Under the pieces are notes generated by a model. That model did no database searches. It was given only the letters and a program-made list of their open reading frames with translations, and had not been told where the DNA came from. A stretch of DNA of 63,910 nt, the filler included, from an uncultured bacterium (GTDB lineage Bacteria; CAZSTA01): the NCBI GenBank assembly GCA_964609495.1. It is 8 parts of 8 records of this genome, joined end to end, with 100 filler letters (N's around TTAATTAATTAA, not from the genome) between each part and the next. Parts side by side here need not be neighbours in the genome. Positions count along the whole stretch, not along the records: positions 58,664 to 63,910 come from CAZSTA010000233.1; 7 more parts are not named here. One strand, given 5' to 3'. The translations under genes were made by a program, and so were the position numbers. Each line of letters begins with the position of its first letter. Position 1 is the stretch's first letter. Of this stretch, positions 60,474-63,910 are shown piece by piece.

Positions 60474-62123
60474 ATGTTCAAGAGAGCCTGTAGTATCTTT
60501 CTATTTTTATCTTTATTCCTTATAATCTTCTCTCTATCACTGCCCAATGCATTTGCGATGGAAGGGGAGGAAAAATACGGAGGCATCTTATATCGAGATC
60601 TAGGGGCCTCAGATATCCTCACTCTAGATCCAGCCCATATCGTCGATACCTCCTCAGCAGAGGTAGCCCGCCAGATATTCGATGGATTAGTGGAGTATGA
60701 TTTCGATGGCAACGTGATCCCAGCTATCGCCGAATCCTGGGATATCTCTGAGGACGGGTTAACCTGGACATTTTATCTGAGGAATGATGTTCACTTTCAG
60801 GATAGCTATGGAGATGGAACTCCCACTAAGAATGGAGGACGAAAGGTTACTGCCCAAGATTTCGTATGGTCATGGAATAGGGTGATCGATCCAGCTACTC
60901 GCTCGGAGAGGGCGAACTTCTTCTATTATGTCGCTAACTTCGAAGCGGTGGATGACTTCACCTTTAAGGTTACTTTGAAGCAACCCTTCANNNNNNNNNN
61001 ATTCTTGGCGATGTTAGCCTATTCCTGCTTCTATGTTTTGCCGAGAGAGGATGTTCAATCCCTTGGTGATTTCGCTTTCCTTCCGGTAGGAACTGGTGCT
61101 TTTAAGCTCAAGGAGTGGAAACGCGGGAGTTATATAAGGTTAGTGGCAAATGAGAAGCATTTCAGAGGAAGGCCCTACTTAGATGAGCTTCACTTCGGCA
61201 TCGCGGAAGCGGGAGTAAGTATCACGATGGTTCAAAGAGGACTGCTAGATTTTAACGAGATATCAGATAGTCTTTGGAATGCGATTAAGGAGATGTTTCC
61301 CGATGCTGATAAATGGCTTGTGGCAGGGACGGGCTTAGGGATATATTATATCGGCTTCAACGTGACGAAAGAACCTTTCGCTGGCGATAAGGGGAAATTG
61401 GTTAGGCAAGCGTTTAACTACGCCATTAATAAGGATTTCATCACTCAAGTGCTTAGGGAGGAGAGAGCTGCTAAAGCCTATGGTGCTCTTCCTCCAGGGA
61501 TGCCTGGACATAATCCCAATCTGGTAACTTATGATTACGATCCGGAGAAAGCTAAGAGACTCCTAGCTGAGGCAGGATATCCGAATGGCGATGGATTGGG
61601 GACTATAGAGCTTTGGTGTAACATTGAGGGAGATCAGATCGTCGAGGCAGTTCGTGAAAATCTCGAGGCCATCGGATGCGATATTGAGGTCAAGGTTCTG
61701 AATTGGGCGGATTTTATTAATGGGGCAGGAGAGGGGAAATTTCAGATCTTCAGGTTGAGTTGGTTGGCGGATTATCCTGATCCAGAGAATTTCTTGACGG
61801 TGCTATTCCACTCTAAAAACCGGGGTTCTAAGGGAAACCTTTTCTTCTATAGCAATCCCGAGGTAGATGCTCTGCTCGATGAGGCGGATACCAGCACCGA
61901 TGCTTATGCGAGGGTCAAGCTCTATCGCCAAGCGGAGAAGATGATTATGGATGATGCTCCTTGGATCCCTCTCTATTTTTATAACCTCTCGTTCTTCGTA
62001 AATACTTGGGTGAAGGGTTTCAAGATACCAGCGATGGGGATTCAAGATTTCTCGTATAGGCATCTGTGGATAGATCGGGAGGAGAAGGAAGAGTGGATGA
62101 AAGAGAGATATATCTCAAGTTGA
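60474..62123 (+). CDS. ABC transporter substrate-binding protein, family 5 (peptide/nickel)
   Basis: Signal peptide after AGGAGG; TLDPA, IFDGLV, AESWDISEDGLTWTFYLR, PVGTGAF, VRQAFNYAI and WLADYPDP motifs. Confidence 0.92.
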   Translation: MFKRACSIFLFLSLFLIIFSLSLPNAFAMEGEEKYGGILYRDLGASDILTLDPAHIVDTSSAEVARQIFDGLVEYDFDGNVIPAIAESWDISEDGLTWTFYLRNDVHFQDSYGDGTPTKNGGRKVTAQDFVWSWNRVIDPATRSERANFFYYVANFEAVDDFTFKVTLKQPFXXXXFLAMLAYSCFYVLPREDVQSLGDFAFLPVGTGAFKLKEWKRGSYIRLVANEKHFRGRPYLDELHFGIAEAGVSITMVQRGLLDFNEISDSLWNAIKEMFPDADKWLVAGTGLGIYYIGFNVTKEPFAGDKGKLVRQAFNYAINKDFITQVLREERAAKAYGALPPGMPGHNPNLVTYDYDPEKAKRLLAEAGYPNGDGLGTIELWCNIEGDQIVEAVRENLEAIGCDIEVKVLNWADFINGAGEGKFQIFRLSWLADYPDPENFLTVLFHSKNRGSKGNLFFYSNPEVDALLDEADTSTDAYARVKLYRQAEKMIMDDAPWIPLYFYNLSFFVNTWVKGFKIPAMGIQDFSYRHLWIDREEKEEWMKERYISS

Positions 62124-62275
62124 TAGAACTTAGAGAGTTCATAAATTTGATATTGGAGGAGGGATTTTCAAGAGAAGATGTGCTTAAGTGGAGTGAAGAT
62201 ATAGATAATAAGTTAAAAGCTCAGGTCGAATATCTCCTTGAAGTAGGAGAGTTGACTGAGGATGATTTTGTATGA
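62093..62275 (+). CDS. Small acidic hypothetical protein (60 aa)
   Basis: GTG start with purine-rich RBS, overlapping the end of the upstream gene; host-like codon usage. Confidence 0.45.
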   Translation: MDEREIYLKLIELREFINLILEEGFSREDVLKWSEDIDNKLKAQVEYLLEVGELTEDDFV

Positions 62276-62473
62276 TCTTTGTGGATAAAGATGTGCTCTT
62301 TGACTATGCTTATAAATTTAGCGTTGGGGTCATAAGAACCTCGACGCTATTTTTTGTGATTCACTTGAATAGATATTATACTTGTGATATAATAGAGCTA
62401 GAATTGTTGACCTCATTCTATTATTTGGAATCCTCTCTCAGGGAATAGGGGTGAGGATGCAGGAGGAATCCCA

Positions 62474-63910
62474 GTGGAAAGTCCAGAGTCCAAAACCGAG
62501 CTAAAATTCGTAGGACGAGAGAAGGAGAAGCAGATATTCCGTAACTTTCTAGCGCGAGAGAAGGGCGAAACGTTGCTCGTCATCGGAAGAGGAGGGATAG
62601 GTAAGTCGCGCTTGCTGCAGGAATTTGCGGATATCGCTAGTAGTGAAAGTGATAGTTGGGTTTTCTTCTATGATGATATTAATTCTACCGATAAGCCTGA
62701 AGAATATCTATTGAAGATGTTGGATGATTTCAGAAATGGGAAATTTTTCTGGAGAGAGGGGAGGGAGGGATGGGTAAAATTTCTGGAGGGGCTTCCCCAG
62801 GTAGGGAAATTGCTTGCTGCTTTGGTTGGTGAAGACAAGAGAGCTTTGAGGGAAAGATTTATCGATGCTCTCGAGACTTTAGCGAAAGAGAGAGCTGATG
62901 AGAAGAGGCTTATCTTCTTTGTTGATCCGATAGAGAGGCTTGATACGAGAGAGCACCTCGAGACTTTTCGGTCTATCGCTATGAGATTACCTGATCATAT
63001 CAAGATGATTATAGCTCAGAGAGAAGACGATATTATAGCTCAAAATGTTAAATTCCGCCAGCTTCCGAACGTAACTCAGATCGATAGGCTGGGATGGCTC
63101 ACCTATGAGGAAACTAGGGAGTTGCTGATGTCCTCTCCGCTCAGACCTAGATTGAGAGTAGATGTGATAGAGGCCTTCTGCAACAAGTATGCCGGAAGCC
63201 TCGGTGAGCCCCAGGGATATCCGCTGGCGATAGTCTCTGCTATTAAGTTGTTGGAGGAAGCCGATGATCTGGAGGAAGCAATCAAGAATTTGCCCGAGGA
63301 TATCGAGATGTTAGCGGAGGAGTTATACGAGGGCCTGAACAGGGAGCAGATGAGGATAGCTAACTATCTCTCCTGTGTATATGCCTATGTGGATATCCCC
63401 TTCATTGCGATGATGACGAAGTTGGAGCGAGAGTTGATCGCCGATGAATTTATGAAGTTTGAGCTCAAGCGAGTTATTGAGGAGAAGAGTGAGGAGAGAG
63501 CTAAATATAGGCTCTATCATCGTATATTCACTGATTATGTGAGGCAAAGGTTAGAATTGCAAGGTGAAGATTTCCAAGAGATGCATAGCACGATAGCAAG
63601 CTGTTATGAACGAGTCTTTGAGAAGAACAAGCGAGATTTGGATGCCTTGAGCTATTGGCCTCAACATCTACTTGAGGCAGAGGATAAGAAAGGCTTCGTT
63701 GAATGTATGGAGAATATATTCGAGATAAAATATAATCTGGGGATTATATTCTCCCTTAGAGATGAGATGCTCAAAGCGATAGAATTCTGTGACGAATTGA
63801 ACTTAGGTTCATTAGATAGAGCGAAATTATTAGGTAATATCGGGCTAATCTATAGCGATCTAGGAGAGAATGAGAAGGCGCTGGAGTATTTTCAGGAGGC
63901 GTTAAAGATA
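62474..63910 (+). CDS. STAND/AAA ATPase with TPR repeats, 3'-truncated (not in the ORF track)
   Basis: AGGAGG then GTG: MESPESKTELKFVGREKE...VIGRGGIGKSRLL (Walker A), LIFFVDPIE (Walker B), GYPLAI, YHRIFTDY; ends in the TPR LGNIGLIYSDLGENEKALEYFQEALKI. Open for 479 codons to the window end. Confidence 0.85.
   Translation, partial: MESPESKTELKFVGREKEKQIFRNFLAREKGETLLVIGRGGIGKSRLLQEFADIASSESDSWVFFYDDINSTDKPEEYLLKMLDDFRNGKFFWREGREGWVKFLEGLPQVGKLLAALVGEDKRALRERFIDALETLAKERADEKRLIFFVDPIERLDTREHLETFRSIAMRLPDHIKMIIAQREDDIIAQNVKFRQLPNVTQIDRLGWLTYEETRELLMSSPLRPRLRVDVIEAFCNKYAGSLGEPQGYPLAIVSAIKLLEEADDLEEAIKNLPEDIEMLAEELYEGLNREQMRIANYLSCVYAYVDIPFIAMMTKLERELIADEFMKFELKRVIEEKSEERAKYRLYHRIFTDYVRQRLELQGEDFQEMHSTIASCYERVFEKNKRDLDALSYWPQHLLEAEDKKGFVECMENIFEIKYNLGIIFSLRDEMLKAIEFCDELNLGSLDRAKLLGNIGLIYSDLGENEKALEYFQEALKI

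Overview
This window is not one locus. It is eight unrelated contigs of ~5-8.5 kb from a draft or metagenome-type bacterial assembly, joined by artificial N44-TTAATTAATTAA-N44 linkers (breaks at ~8471, 16954, 25412, 33801, 42133, 50463 and 58564), so no synteny can be inferred across linkers. The organism looks diderm (TamB, an outer-membrane barrel) but has Firmicutes-like core gene order (cmk-plsC-ispH-rpsA-DUF512-der; obgE-nadD); I cannot assign its taxonomy. Contents by contig: (1) the 5' end of an IscB/IS200-IS605 omega/HEARO RNA element, pspA, and an exported barrel / TPR-propeller / CBM-FAD oxidoreductase operon; (2) a large TamB carrying four in-frame palindromic DNA insertions, acuB and a secreted beta-helix protein with an FlgD/T9SS-like tail; (3) nadD-obgE, a GH78 rhamnosidase and an integron cassette array (PhnP-like MBL hydrolase, a decayed cassette, msrAB); (4) a housekeeping operon ending in tRNA-Pro; (5) an eroded GC-rich chemosensory cluster and two HAD paralogs; (6) a STAND-TPR protein and a sugar ABC/dehydrogenase set with three near-identical promoters; (7) an orphan AbiEi antitoxin, a degenerate one-spacer CRISPR unit, a WYL regulator and a type I-D CRISPR-Cas operon (internal cas11d start, frameshifted cas3'); (8) a P-type ATPase fragment, add, a peptide ABC binding protein and a second STAND-TPR. 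Several MITE/REP-like repeat families occur throughout. All family calls come from motif recognition by eye; no database searches were run.
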